Positions 5,412-6,593 of a stretch of 6,593 nt of DNA are shown here, in pieces. The DNA is taken from positions 1 through 6,593 of IMG/VR virus record IMGVR_UViG_2541047119_000019, one strand, 5' to 3'. The stretch comes from a virus (taxonomy: Duplodnaviria > Heunggongvirae > Uroviricota > Caudoviricetes). Numbering within the stretch: position 1 is the stretch's first letter; every line of letters starts with the position of its first letter. The notes beneath the pieces were generated by a model that was not told the DNA's origin, searched no databases, and saw only the letters and a program-made list of their open reading frames with translations. The position numbers and the translations under genes are program-made.

Positions 5412-6560
5412 ATGAGGCGCTTCGCAGGCGCATGTCGTTTCGTTTTCAATCGTGCTCTGGCGCTTCAGAATGAGAATCATGAGGCCGGTAATAAATACAT
5501 CCCTTACGGGAAAATGGCTTCCTGGCTGGTTGAGTGGAAAAACGCCACTGAAACGCAATGGCTTAAAGATGCCCCGTCACAGCCATTGCAACAGTCACTG
5601 AAAGAGCTTGAGCGGGCTTACAAAAACTTCTTCCGGAAGCGGGCTGCTTTTCCCCGATTCAAAAAGCGGGGACAGAATGATGCATTCCGCTACCCGCAGG
5701 GCGTTAAGCTCGATCAGGAAAACAGCCGTATTTTTCTGCCGAAACTTGGCTGGATGCGCTACCGGAACAGCCGTCAGGTCACGGGTGTTGTGAAAAATGT
5801 CACTGTCAGCCAGTCCTGCGGTAAGTGGTACATCAGTATTCAGACAGAAAGTGAAGTATCAACTCCGGTTCACCCTTCAGCATCAATGGTCGGACTGGAT
5901 GCTGGCGTGGCTAAACTCGCCACGCTGTCAGATGGCACAGTCTTTGGACCTGTAAACAGTTTTCAGAAAAACCAGAAGACGCTGGCGAGACTTCAGCGAC
6001 AGTTAAGCCGCAAGGTCAAATTCAGCAACAACTGGCAGAAGCAGAAACGCAAAATACAGCGACTGCATTCCTGTATCGCAAATATCCGCAGGGACTACCT
6101 TCACAAAGTCACAACGACCGTCAGCAAAAACCACGCAATGATAGTCATTGAGGATTTGAAGGTCAGCAACATGTCAAAGTCAGCAGCGGGTACGGTCAGC
6201 CAGCCGGGGCGCAATGTCCGGGCAAAATCAGGTTTAAACCGTTCGATACTGGATCAGGGCTGGTATGAAATGCGCCGCCAGCTTGAGTACAAGCAGCTCT
6301 GGCGTGGCGGTCAGGTGCTTGCTGTTCCGCCAGCGTACACAAGCCAGCGTTGCGCGTGCTGTGGTCATACAGCGAAAGAAAATCGCCTGTCACAAAGTAA
6401 ATTCAGATGCCAGGCATGTGGATATACAGCGAACGCTGATGTAAATGGCGCTCGTAACATTTTAGCGGCGGGGCACGCCGTTCTTGCCTGTGGGGAGATG
6501 GTGCAGTCAGGCCGCCCGTTGAAGCAGGAACCCACCGAAATGATTCAGGCGACAGCCTGA
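5412..6560 (+). CDS. tnpB: TnpB (OrfB) of an IS200/IS605-family element; RuvC-like RNA-guided endonuclease fold with zinc ribbon
   Basis: 382-aa ORF with SD AGGAG (5401-5405). RuvC-like motifs are present: VGLDAGV (D), IVIEDLKV (E) and [10 protein letters not shown] (D), plus zinc ribbon CACCGH...CQACGY. The in-frame upstream translation (ILQAFKFQLRPGGQQERE, 5358-5411) looks like the conserved TnpB N-terminus but has no ATG/GTG/TTG after the stop at 5322-5324. Confidence 0.9.
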   Translation: MRRFAGACRFVFNRALALQNENHEAGNKYIPYGKMASWLVEWKNATETQWLKDAPSQPLQQSLKELERAYKNFFRKRAAFPRFKKRGQNDAFRYPQGVKLDQENSRIFLPKLGWMRYRNSRQVTGVVKNVTVSQSCGKWYISIQTESEVSTPVHPSASMVGLDAGVAKLATLSDGTVFGPVNSFQKNQKTLARLQRQLSRKVKFSNNWQKQKRKIQRLHSCIANIRRDYLHKVTTTVSKNHAMIVIEDLKVSNMSKSAAGTVSQPGRNVRAKSGLNRSILDQGWYEMRRQLEYKQLWRGGQVLAVPPAYTSQRCACCGHTAKENRLSQSKFRCQACGYTANADVNGARNILAAGHAVLACGEMVQSGRPLKQEPTEMIQATA

Positions 6561-6593
6561 ACGTAGCAGGGATCCTCGTCCTTCAGGGCTTGG

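Larger units (their letters stand above)
5233..6593 (+). mobile_element. IS200/IS605-family element carrying tnpB only (no tnpA seen), boundaries uncertain; right end probably beyond window
   Basis: A TnpB ORF is preceded by a repeat- and hairpin-rich segment: four GTATC copies within 5279-5340, and CCGATTT/AAATCGG-type inverted motifs. Only 33 bp follow the tnpB stop inside the window. Confidence 0.4.

Noticed and set aside
6231-6240. Palindrome GGTTTAAACC inside tnpB
   Set aside because: It is a short palindrome within coding sequence, expected by chance, with no partner site.
5608-6393. ORFs 5608-5793 (+) and 6196-6393 (-) inside tnpB
   Set aside because: They are embedded in or antisense to the TnpB ORF, which has conserved RuvC and zinc-ribbon motifs.

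Overview
Mosaic accessory region bounded by two unrelated insertion-sequence fragments. Left to right: (1) minus-strand 5' part of an IS-type transposase OrfA that runs off the window start, with an IS66-like terminus (GTAAGCG on the minus strand) ending about 20 bp before the next gene; (2) a Gin/Pin/Cin/Hin-family serine DNA invertase with no invertible segment visible beside it; (3) a 679-aa SASA/SGNH-type carbohydrate esterase resembling prophage NanS-p sialate O-acetylesterases; (4) two small ORFs with good ribosome-binding sites (a 60-aa single-TM protein and an 81-aa acidic protein); (5) about 590 bp of AT-rich non-coding DNA with GATC-centred palindromes; (6) a phage Mu-like com-mom module, with a hairpin that sequesters the predicted mom SD and GUG start; (7) a structured repeat region followed by an IS200/IS605-family TnpB with intact RuvC motifs but no start codon for its conserved N-terminus. 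No rRNA, tRNA or CRISPR array was seen. The most interesting candidate is the com-mom anti-restriction DNA-modification module and its regulatory leader, sitting outside a canonical Mu context. All homology calls rest on recalled motifs and family knowledge, not on database searches.
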